Origin: Candidatus Omnitrophota bacterium
Lineage (GTDB): Bacteria; Omnitrophota; Gorgyraeia; Duberdicusellales; 4484-171
Direction: 5' to 3'
Assembly (NCBI GenBank): GCA_028713415.1
Contig: JAQTOI010000001.1
Span: forward strand, 18,651-82,650
DNA: 64,000 bases
This document shows positions 1 through 7,935 of the stretch, piece by piece; within the stretch, counting starts at the first letter, position 1, and the number at the start of each line of letters is the position of its first letter. Made by a program: the position numbers and the translations under genes. Below the pieces are notes generated by a model. The model had not been told where the DNA came from, did no database searches, and saw nothing but the letters and a program-made list of their open reading frames with translations.

Positions 1-357
1 GCGGAGCGTTTGACGTAATCGCAGGCGCGTCAAAACGCGCGCCTAAATGGGTGCAGGCAACCGGCTTGGAGTGGCTCTATCGCTGTATTCAGGAACCGCA
101 GAGGCTGGCAAAAAGATATTTTTTTGACACTATTGACTTAGCACGTATTTTTTTAATGAGCACATCATTTTTGCAAGTCTCTAAGACGAAGCAAAAATGA
201 TAGTGTAAATTATCCTTCGGAGCGCCCTTATATCGTAAAAATTTTAACAGAAAATTTTTACGAAACACTTCCGAAGCCTCCCCAAAAATCTTCCTTGAAT
301 ATTTTTGGGGTATCTAGTGGCGAGGGGGGAGTAATATTCATATTATTTTAATTCACA

Positions 358-1770
358 ATGACAAGATCATTTAAAATCTACCCTTTTTATATCATTGCCG
401 ACATGATACTGGCAGCTATTATTTTCTGCTTTAGCTATTTGTTGCGATACAATCTTGTAAGCTTTGCGCCGTTTGTTTATAAAAAACCTTATCTTGAGCA
501 ATACGTTTTAATTTTCGCCTTATGGCTTCTTTTGATTATTTTTTTCTTCAGGAAAAACAGGCTTTATACGACAAATAGGGGTTTAAGCATCCCCAAAGAA
601 ATCGGCAAGGTAATTCTCAGCTTGACGTATACCGTGATTTTAATCAGCGCCGCGGTATTTCTCCTGCAATATAAGTTTTTTTCCCGTAAAATTATCGCAG
701 AAAGCTTTTTTGCGCTCTGCGTTTCTTTAAGCGCCTGGAGAGCGGTTAAAAGGACCATGCTTAGAAGAATGATCGCAAGAGGCTTGCGCAATATCAATAT
801 ACTTATAGTCGGCGCAAATGAAACGGGAAGAATTATCGCAGAGGAGACAAAACTGATACCTTGGCTTGGGTTTAAAGCCATCGGCTATCTGGATAATCAT
901 AAAGAAGGATATGTCGACGGCATACCAGTGCTTGGAAAAATTAAAGATTTTTTCGGCGTCGCCAAAAATAATTTTGTCGATGAAGTGATTATCGCTGTTA
1001 CTAGCGAAAGCAAGGAGATTGTTGAATTGATAGAGCAAGCTAAAAATCTGCATCTAGGGATAAGAAAAGTTGTCTCTAGCGACCCGGAGGCCTCATTAGT
1101 GTCCGGACGCTTAAGTTATTTCGGCACCACACCGCTTTTTACCTATAGCGCGAAACAATATAATTTAAACGGTATAATCTTCAAAAGAATTTTTGATATC
1201 ACCACAGCTTTAATATTTATTATTCTGCTTTTGCCGCTATTTGTCATTATCGCGGTATTGATTAAGCTTGATTCTCCCGGACCGGCCATTTATACTCAAG
1301 AGCGGATAGGGGTTAAGGGAGGAATCTTTAAGTTATACAAGTTCCGTTCTATGATAAAGGGAGCCGATACGCTTCAAGAAGCGTTGTTAACAAAAAACGA
1401 AGCCAAAGACGGCATCATTTTTAAAATACGCAATGACCCCCGTATAACAACTGTGGGGTATTTTATAAGAAAATACAGTTTAGATGAACTTCCGCAGTTA
1501 TTTAACGTTTTGTGCGGAGAGATGAGTATAGTCGGGCCACGGCCCCCCCTGCCTAATGAGGTAAAAAAATATAAATATTATCATTTAGACAGACTTCAGG
1601 TAAAACCGGGCATGACCGGACTTTCCCAGATAAGAGGCAGGAGCGAACTTACCTTTAGAAAGTTGGTCAAATGGGATTTGTGGTATATAAACAACTGGTC
1701 TTTGCGTCTTGACCTGAATATTTTATTCTGGACTCTTCCGGCGATACTAAAAGGGCGGGGAGCCTATTAA
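358..1770 (+). CDS. Polyprenyl-phosphate glycosyl-1-phosphate transferase (WbaP/EpsB-like bacterial sugar transferase; initiating enzyme)
   Basis: 470 aa. N-terminal multi-TM region. C-terminal Bac_transf-type domain with the motifs KRIFDI...LLLPLFVIIAVLIKLDSPGP...ERIGVKG..F.YKFRSM...DELPQL.NVL.GEMS.VGPRP. ATG start at 358. Confidence 0.8.
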   Translation: MTRSFKIYPFYIIADMILAAIIFCFSYLLRYNLVSFAPFVYKKPYLEQYVLIFALWLLLIIFFFRKNRLYTTNRGLSIPKEIGKVILSLTYTVILISAAVFLLQYKFFSRKIIAESFFALCVSLSAWRAVKRTMLRRMIARGLRNINILIVGANETGRIIAEETKLIPWLGFKAIGYLDNHKEGYVDGIPVLGKIKDFFGVAKNNFVDEVIIAVTSESKEIVELIEQAKNLHLGIRKVVSSDPEASLVSGRLSYFGTTPLFTYSAKQYNLNGIIFKRIFDITTALIFIILLLPLFVIIAVLIKLDSPGPAIYTQERIGVKGGIFKLYKFRSMIKGADTLQEALLTKNEAKDGIIFKIRNDPRITTVGYFIRKYSLDELPQLFNVLCGEMSIVGPRPPLPNEVKKYKYYHLDRLQVKPGMTGLSQIRGRSELTFRKLVKWDLWYINNWSLRLDLNILFWTLPAILKGRGAY

Positions 1771-1774
1771 ACGC

Positions 1775-2965
1775 ATGAGAAAAGAACGATACGCAAAAAT
1801 TTTCGATTATATTTGTGAATATAGCTTATACGGACTTATATTCTTCATTCCGATATCAAGTGCGGCTGTTGAGTCGTTTTTTGGCTTTGCATTTTTAGGT
1901 TTCATTCTCAAAAAAATTAGCAAACCGGATTTTAAATTCTTGGGCACTTCGTATAATTTTTTTCTTTGGTTGTTTGTTATTTTTATGTGCCTTTCATTGT
2001 TTAATAGCGGAATATATATAGAAAAAAGCCTAAAAACATTATTTTTCAAATGGCTCGAATATATTACTATTTTTATAATAGCACAGGATATCATCAATAC
2101 TAAAATACGCCTGCGTAACGCCTTAGGTATTATGCTTTTTGTGGCTGTTCTGGTGGGCATAGACGGAGTCATCCAGAAATTATGGGGCATTGAGTATTTC
2201 AGGCACAGGCCGCTGGTCCAGGCAAGCAGCGGTTTATACTTTATCAGTGGGCCATTTAATCACTATAACGCTTTCGGCACGTATTTGATGGTTACTTCCT
2301 TGATATTTACAGCTTTGTTGCTGGAGCGCAGTTTCGCAAAAAAAATTAAATTTTTTTTAGCGCTTTTTTCGATGCTATTGGTGGCATGTTTGCTATTAAC
2401 CTCTTCTCGCGGGGCCTGGATAGCTTATTTGAGCGCTTTAGGTTTAATGTTTGTAATTTCTAAAAGATTCAAAGCGGCATCCGTAATCCTTGGCCTATTT
2501 TTGATAGTGTTGTTATTTGTTCCGGGCATAAAAGAAAGGTTTAATTTCACTCTTAGCGCGCAGGGAGACGCGCGCCGGTTTGCCATATGGAGGAGCGCGT
2601 TATTGATGATTAAGGAAAACCCCTATTTAGGAAAAGGTCTGGGCACCTTTATGGATTATTTTCCGCATTACTACAAACATACAAGGAGGTTCTTCGCCCA
2701 ATACGCGCATAATTGTTTTCTGCAAATTTGGGCAGAGACGGGTATTTTTAGCTTAATCAGTTTTCTTCTCACGGTATCAGTCATATTCAAGAAGAGCCTT
2801 AAAAAAATTTTTAAAGCGCCTGACTGTTTATTAATTGCATTTACCTGCGCAATTTTCGGATTTCTTGTAAACAGCTTTTTTGACACCCAGCTTTATTCGC
2901 TGCAGCTTGCGGTATTATTCTGGATTTTATTGGGGTTAGCGGCTGCGAAAATCAATCTTGCCTAA
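1775..2965 (+). CDS. O-antigen ligase / polymerase family membrane protein (Wzy_C domain; WaaL or Wzy-like)
   Basis: 396 aa, about 10 TM segments. Characteristic Wzy_C block LLTSSRGAWIAYL and ...YAHNCFLQIWAETGIFSL. Tightly linked (4-bp gap) to the upstream priming transferase. Confidence 0.7.
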   Translation: MRKERYAKIFDYICEYSLYGLIFFIPISSAAVESFFGFAFLGFILKKISKPDFKFLGTSYNFFLWLFVIFMCLSLFNSGIYIEKSLKTLFFKWLEYITIFIIAQDIINTKIRLRNALGIMLFVAVLVGIDGVIQKLWGIEYFRHRPLVQASSGLYFISGPFNHYNAFGTYLMVTSLIFTALLLERSFAKKIKFFLALFSMLLVACLLLTSSRGAWIAYLSALGLMFVISKRFKAASVILGLFLIVLLFVPGIKERFNFTLSAQGDARRFAIWRSALLMIKENPYLGKGLGTFMDYFPHYYKHTRRFFAQYAHNCFLQIWAETGIFSLISFLLTVSVIFKKSLKKIFKAPDCLLIAFTCAIFGFLVNSFFDTQLYSLQLAVLFWILLGLAAAKINLA

Positions 2966-2991
2966 TAACATTATTTGATCCCTAAATTATT

Positions 2992-4122
2992 ATGGAGAAA
3001 GTCGACATCGTTGTAATCGGAGCAGGGGTGGTGGGGCTTGCGATAGCCGAGCGCTTGAGCAGAAAAAAGAAATCCATTTATCTCCTTGAACGCCATAGTT
3101 CATTTGGCAGAGAAACCAGCTCGCGCAATAGCGAAGTAATCCATGCGGGGATTTATTACCCTTCGGGGTCGCTTAAGGCTAAGCTTTGCGTAGAGGGCAA
3201 TAGCCTACTTTATGAAATCTGCGCTAAAGGAAATATTCCCCATAAAAGGATAGAAAAATTAATCGTGGCGACTAATCCAAGCGAAGAAGAAGAACTCATA
3301 CAGCTTCTAAATCGCGGCAAACGCAATGGTGCAAAGGGACTGGAGATTATCTCAAAAGAAGAAGTAAAAAAGCTTGAGCCGGATATAAAGGCGCGAGCAG
3401 CGCTTTATTCGCCCTCTACCGGTATAATTGACAGCCACAGCTTGATGAAATATTTCGAGGCTGCCTTTAAAGGAAAGGGCGGAGAAGTTGTTTATAACTG
3501 CCAAGTTAAGGGGCTATCTAAATCGCAAAGCGGCTATGAAGTTACCGTGGATGAGAGTACTGGCGAGACATTTAAATTCAGCGCAGCCACGGTAATTAAT
3601 AGTGCGGGTTTAGAGTCGGACACGGTCGCTTCTCTGCTTGGAATTGATATCGCCAAACAAAGTTATTCTTTAAAATACTGTAAAGGGCAATATTTTAGAG
3701 TGCAAAATCCTAAGAAATACGTACGAGTTTCAAGGCTGATCTACCCTGTGCCGCATGAGCGCGCATCAGGCCTGGGAGTCCATGCTACAAAAGATTTATC
3801 CGGAGGCTTACGTTTAGGCCCGGATGCCCGTTACGTAGAGAGAAGCGATTTTAATTATGATGTTGATGCGTCATGCCGCGGTGCTTTTCTTCAATCAGCA
3901 TTGCAACTTCTTCCTTTTTTAGAAGAAGATGATTTGGTGCCGGATACTTCCGGCATAAGGCCGAAATTGCAGGGAGAAGGCGAAGATTTCAGGGATTTTA
4001 TAATTCAGGAAGAAAGCGCTTTGGGTTTTAACGGTTTTATAAACCTTATCGGCATAGAGTCTCCGGGTTTAACCTGCGCACAGTCAATAGCGGAATATGT
4101 AGCGGACTTATTGCAAATTTAA
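2992..4122 (+). CDS. FAD-dependent oxidoreductase (LhgO / L-2-hydroxyglutarate oxidase-like DAO family)
   Basis: 376 aa. N-terminal Rossmann dinucleotide motif DIVVIGAGVVGLAIAERL. Followed by ...RNSEVIHAGIYYPSGSLKAKLCVEGN, typical of the LhgO/YgaF subfamily. Confidence 0.6.
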   Translation: MEKVDIVVIGAGVVGLAIAERLSRKKKSIYLLERHSSFGRETSSRNSEVIHAGIYYPSGSLKAKLCVEGNSLLYEICAKGNIPHKRIEKLIVATNPSEEEELIQLLNRGKRNGAKGLEIISKEEVKKLEPDIKARAALYSPSTGIIDSHSLMKYFEAAFKGKGGEVVYNCQVKGLSKSQSGYEVTVDESTGETFKFSAATVINSAGLESDTVASLLGIDIAKQSYSLKYCKGQYFRVQNPKKYVRVSRLIYPVPHERASGLGVHATKDLSGGLRLGPDARYVERSDFNYDVDASCRGAFLQSALQLLPFLEEDDLVPDTSGIRPKLQGEGEDFRDFIIQEESALGFNGFINLIGIESPGLTCAQSIAEYVADLLQI

Positions 4123-4859
4123 ATATCCTTTCGTTGATATCTCGTAAATCTTATTTTAAACAAACTACAAAGAGATTTTATCCCATCCCGCAGGGGTCTT
4201 ACTTTTGAGGTTTTCTTTTTATCGTGCCAGCGCACCGGCACTTCTTTTATTTTTAAGCCATGCTTAAAAATAAGGTAGATAAGTTCGCTGTCAAAACTCC
4301 AGTCATCACGCACAAGTTTAGAGAATAATAATTTCGCCGCCGCTTTCTTATACAATTTAAAGCCGCAATTATAGTCATTTACGGCTGTGCCTAAAATCAG
4401 CCTGGAAAGAAGAATATAGATATTCCCCAGAATAATTCTATAAAAGGGCTGGCGGGTTTCGATTATCGCTCCCGGGAGACGTCGCGAAGCAATAGCTATA
4501 TCGTAACCTTCTATGATTGCCGACATCAAGCCTTCTATCTGGTTTATGCGCGTTGAGTTATCCGCATCCATAAAAAGTATAAGCTCACCTTTCGCAGCCG
4601 ATACGCCTTCTTTTACAGAGTAACCCTTGCCGCGGTTGGGAGAATGTTCAAGCAAAGTAAAATGGGCGAATAACTTGCTTTCAAGAGCGGCAAGCGTGGC
4701 CGTTTCATCAAGTGAGCCGTCATTAACCACGATGATTTCGTAAGCATAGTTTTTATTTTTAAGGTATTGGGCAACATCCTGGAGCGTGAAAGCTATGTTG
4801 GCTCCTTCATTATAGGCAGGTATCACTATCGACAGATAAATATTATTTTCTCTCACCAT
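4119..4859 (-). CDS. GT2 polyprenyl-phosphate glycosyltransferase (dolichyl-phosphate mannose/glucose synthase-like)
   Basis: 246 aa, the only convincing minus-strand gene in the window. LSIVIPAYNEGANI...IIVVNDGSLDET...FMDADNS (DxD) are GT2 hallmarks. Convergent with the upstream + gene (4-bp overlap of stops) and divergent from 4946+. Confidence 0.75.
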   Translation of the reverse strand: MVRENNIYLSIVIPAYNEGANIAFTLQDVAQYLKNKNYAYEIIVVNDGSLDETATLAALESKLFAHFTLLEHSPNRGKGYSVKEGVSAAKGELILFMDADNSTRINQIEGLMSAIIEGYDIAIASRRLPGAIIETRQPFYRIILGNIYILLSRLILGTAVNDYNCGFKLYKKAAAKLLFSKLVRDDWSFDSELIYLIFKHGLKIKEVPVRWHDKKKTSKVRPLRDGIKSLCSLFKIRFTRYQRKDI

Positions 4860-4909
4860 AGAACAATTATTATAGCAAAAATATTAAGATTATTATATAT
4901 TTTCTTCAT

Positions 4910-4938
4910 TTGGCAATGACTGGCAAATAAAGTATAAT
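4910..4938 (+). promoter_or_regulatory. Near-consensus sigma70-type promoter. -35 TTGGCA (4910-4915), 17-bp spacer, -10 TATAAT (4933-4938). Predicted TSS about 4945, immediately before the ATG at 4946 (leaderless or near-leaderless).
   Basis: Read directly: ttTTGGCAatgactggcaaataaagTATAATataaaatATG. No Shine-Dalgarno between the -10 and the start codon. Confidence 0.5.
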
Positions 4939-4945
4939 ATAAAAT

Positions 4946-5677
4946 ATGTTTCTATCAATAGTTATCCCGGCATACAACGAAGAAAATAGGCTCCTGCCTA
5001 CCTTAGAGAAGATATATTCCTATCTGGGCAGCAACAACTTTGATTGTGAGGTTATCGTTGTGGATGACGGTTCTTTGGATAACACAAAAGATACAGCCCT
5101 CAGGAGCCAGCTCAATAATGCAGGTAAGCTCACTGTATTGCAAAATGGACGTAACAGGGGAAAAGGATTCTCCGTAAAAAGGGGTATATTAGCTTCGCAA
5201 GGGGATTATATTTTATTCAGCGACGCCGACCTCTCAACGCCCATTGAAGAGTTTGAAAAATTATTTAAGGGCGTGAAGGAGGGGTTTGACATAGTTATCG
5301 GCTCTCGTGGCGTCTTTGAGTCGGACATCAGAGTTCATCAGCCTTGGCATAGAGAGAAAATGGGTAAGATTTTTAATTTCTTTATCAAGGCGTTTATTTT
5401 TAATAATTTTAGCGATACGCAGTGCGGTTTTAAGCTTTTTAAGGGTTCTATAGCGCGGGATATCGCATCTAGTACCGTAATAGAGGGGTTTTGTTTTGAC
5501 GTTGAGATGATCTATATTGCTAAAATGCGCCGCTATAAAATTAAAGAGATTGGAGTTATATGGAATAATTCTCCGCAAAGCAGGGTTAAGATATTCGGAA
5601 GCTCAATAGGTATGTTTTATGATTTATTAAGGATAAAGGCGTTACATAAAAACTATAGTGACAGCAAACCAGCATAG
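4946..5677 (+). CDS. GT2 polyprenyl-phosphate sugar synthase (CsbB/GtrB/DPM1-like)
   Basis: 243 aa. LSIVIPAYNEENRL...VIVVDDGSLDNT...FSDADLS (DxD). Immediately followed (stop/start TAGATG) by a YfhO-like GT-C protein. Confidence 0.75.
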   Translation: MFLSIVIPAYNEENRLLPTLEKIYSYLGSNNFDCEVIVVDDGSLDNTKDTALRSQLNNAGKLTVLQNGRNRGKGFSVKRGILASQGDYILFSDADLSTPIEEFEKLFKGVKEGFDIVIGSRGVFESDIRVHQPWHREKMGKIFNFFIKAFIFNNFSDTQCGFKLFKGSIARDIASSTVIEGFCFDVEMIYIAKMRRYKIKEIGVIWNNSPQSRVKIFGSSIGMFYDLLRIKALHKNYSDSKPA

Positions 5678-7873
5678 ATGCATTTTCTAAAAAAGTATCA
5701 CCCCATATTACTTATCTTCATTATCCTGATTTTTCTTTTTCCTCTTGTGACGCTTGAAAAAAGCTTCTTAGGCGGAGATAATTTTGTTCAATTCTACCCT
5801 TGGTTTAGCGCTTATTCGGAATCGATAAAAAATCTACAGTTTCCTTTCTGGACTCCTTATATACAAAGCGGCTTTCCTTTGATGGCAGAAGGCCAGGTAG
5901 GGGGATTTTATCCGTTAAATATCGTTTTATTTTTCCTTTTACCTTTCCAAATAGCCTATAATTATTCAATAATCATACATTTTTCACTCGCAGCATTGTT
6001 CATGTATTTTTATATGCGCCGCTTGCGCATTGGAGCTAACGGGGCGCTATTCGGTAGCCTCATATTCTGCTGCGGGAGCGCTTTTGCGGGATGTTTCTAT
6101 AATATGATTACGCTAAGGACATTAGCCTGGTTTCCTTTAGTATTATTGCTGTTAGAAAAATATGCCGAAAGCAACCGCAAAAAATATTTAATCGGCGGCT
6201 CTTTAATTTTTGGTATGCAATTATTAGCCGGCTTTGTCCAGATGGCTTTATATAGCGGCTTATTCTATGGCCTCTATCATATTGTTAGATCGCGCCAAGA
6301 TAAAAAATCCTGGGCAAAAATAGGCTTAAATCTTTTTGTTCTGGCCTTTCTCGCCCTTATTCTTTATATTCCGCAATTTATTTTGAGTTGGGATTTCGTG
6401 CGTCAGTCAGTAAGAGCCCACAATGTTTCTTTGGGATTTGCTCTCTGGGGTTCATTTTCTCCGCTTGGATTTTTCGGAATGGTTTTTCCTTCAGCGACCC
6501 GGCTTATAAGAGGAGAGTTTTATGTCGGTATTATTGGGTTTATTTTTGCTGTATTCGCCATTTTTTATATAAAAGATACAAAGGAAAAAAGATTTACGCC
6601 TCTTTTTGCAATGTTAATCGCAGCGCTATTGCTGGCGCTGGGTAAATACAACCCTTTTTATACGCTTTTGGTCAAAATCTTCAAATTATATAGTTTTAGA
6701 AACCCTGCAAAATTTTTATTTTTTGGATTATTTTCTCTGTCGGTTTTTTCCGGACTGGGGTATTCTTTTCTGAATGATCCTTTAAGGTATTTCACAAAAA
6801 AAACCGCGGATTTTTTATTGAAATTATTTGCGTCAGCCGTCTTCTTATTTTTCATATTTAAATTAATTCTTCATGTTTTTAAAGCCCCGCTGCTTAAATC
6901 AGGGTATTGGTACGTTGAGAGATTCATTGCCAGCCAGCCTTATCACCGCTACAGCTTAGAATTCTACATGCATAAGGTACAAGCCATATATACTGCTTTT
7001 TCTTTATCATTGTCTATCTCAAGTAAAGGGATAATTTTTTCTTTTTTATTAATCCTTGCGGGAATGTTATTCTGTCACTGGTGTATTGTTAAACCAGGAA
7101 GAATCCGCAAATTAAAAGCAATTTGGTTTACGATTGCAATTTGCGATCTTTTCTTATATGGCTATTACATAAGCGGATTTGGGAAAAATATCATTTCATT
7201 CAATGTATTAGAGCCGCAATATAGAAATATTTACAGTATTATCAAAAGCGACAGAGATAGCTTCAGGATTTATCCTTTCAATCTTTATTCGCGCCAGCTG
7301 CCTAATTGGTGCCTGCCAAACGCAAATATGCTTTATAAGCTGGAAAGCATCGCCTCCTATACCCCGTTAATAGATTATAACTACTGGTTAAAAACAAAAG
7401 GTCTGGGCGTAATCGATGATTCGTTAGGCTTCTTACCCGCGAAAAAAGATGTTTTTACATCAGGCGCCGGTTTACTTAAAGCATTAAACGTCAAATATGT
7501 GATTACGAGCGATAAATTAGACAATGATAAATTAGAGTTAGTTGCAGAGGAAGGAATAATGCGCCTTTATAAGCTCAAAAATTATTATCCACGTTTCTTT
7601 TTTTCCGAAAATTTTGAAAATCCTACGCCCAGCGTAAGAATAACCAGTAAACTGGTTCGTTCGGGGGTTACGTCTTCTGAATTTGAAATTAACAGCGATA
7701 TCGCCGGTTACTTTATATGGTCTCAGAGTTACTCCGAACAATGGGCTGTTTATGTGGATGAGAAAAAATCCAGGGTATTTAAGCCCTATGGCATTCTGCA
7801 GGCGGTTTTTTTACCTCCGGGTGAACACCGTATTAAATTTGTGTTTTATCCGTTGACATCTGTATGTAAATAG
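5678..7873 (+). CDS. YfhO-family membrane protein (GT-C fold, polyprenyl-P-sugar dependent glycosyltransferase-like)
   Basis: 731 aa, more than 12 TM. N-terminal FLGGDNFVQFYPWF...SGFPLMAEGQ block typical of YfhO. Large C-terminal soluble domain. Paired with the upstream GT2, as in CsbB/YfhO and GtcA-type systems. Confidence 0.6.
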   Translation: MHFLKKYHPILLIFIILIFLFPLVTLEKSFLGGDNFVQFYPWFSAYSESIKNLQFPFWTPYIQSGFPLMAEGQVGGFYPLNIVLFFLLPFQIAYNYSIIIHFSLAALFMYFYMRRLRIGANGALFGSLIFCCGSAFAGCFYNMITLRTLAWFPLVLLLLEKYAESNRKKYLIGGSLIFGMQLLAGFVQMALYSGLFYGLYHIVRSRQDKKSWAKIGLNLFVLAFLALILYIPQFILSWDFVRQSVRAHNVSLGFALWGSFSPLGFFGMVFPSATRLIRGEFYVGIIGFIFAVFAIFYIKDTKEKRFTPLFAMLIAALLLALGKYNPFYTLLVKIFKLYSFRNPAKFLFFGLFSLSVFSGLGYSFLNDPLRYFTKKTADFLLKLFASAVFLFFIFKLILHVFKAPLLKSGYWYVERFIASQPYHRYSLEFYMHKVQAIYTAFSLSLSISSKGIIFSFLLILAGMLFCHWCIVKPGRIRKLKAIWFTIAICDLFLYGYYISGFGKNIISFNVLEPQYRNIYSIIKSDRDSFRIYPFNLYSRQLPNWCLPNANMLYKLESIASYTPLIDYNYWLKTKGLGVIDDSLGFLPAKKDVFTSGAGLLKALNVKYVITSDKLDNDKLELVAEEGIMRLYKLKNYYPRFFFSENFENPTPSVRITSKLVRSGVTSSEFEINSDIAGYFIWSQSYSEQWAVYVDEKKSRVFKPYGILQAVFLPPGEHRIKFVFYPLTSVCK

Positions 7874-7935
7874 ATTATTCTTGTATAATATTATTGTCAT
7901 TTTCGGCATATTAATAATAGAGAATGGAGGAATAA

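Noticed and set aside
121-165. Tandem TTGACA/TTGACT boxes upstream of the first gene as a promoter
   Set aside because: No acceptable -10 hexamer at 16-18 bp spacing from either box. Left unannotated.
564-1053. Minus-strand ORFs of 105 and 108 aa (564-881 and 727-1053) inside the first priming-transferase gene
   Set aside because: Entirely antisense to a well-supported 470-aa CDS. Low-complexity translation and no RBS. This is typical spurious antisense ORFs in AT-rich DNA. The same reasoning applies to essentially all other short minus-strand ORFs in the track (e.g. 1807-2190, 8892-9392, 15832-16185, 19336-19692, 21984-22382, 32350-32601, 41554-41979, 57363-57781, 60791-61216, 62314-62814).
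2351-2358. T8 and A9 homopolymers inside coding regions (e.g. 2351-2358 in the Wzy_C gene; 16782-16790 in pseC) as phase-variation tracts
   Set aside because: A/T runs of 8-9 are expected by chance in a genome this AT-rich. Only the C7 tract at 1543 stands out compositionally.
6388-6645. 85-aa + strand ORF and other short same-strand ORFs (8243-8500, 16463-16672, 20687-20902, 35628-35813, 47540-47725, 51953-52135, 61702-61938)
   Set aside because: Alternative-frame ORFs nested inside long, motif-supported CDSs.
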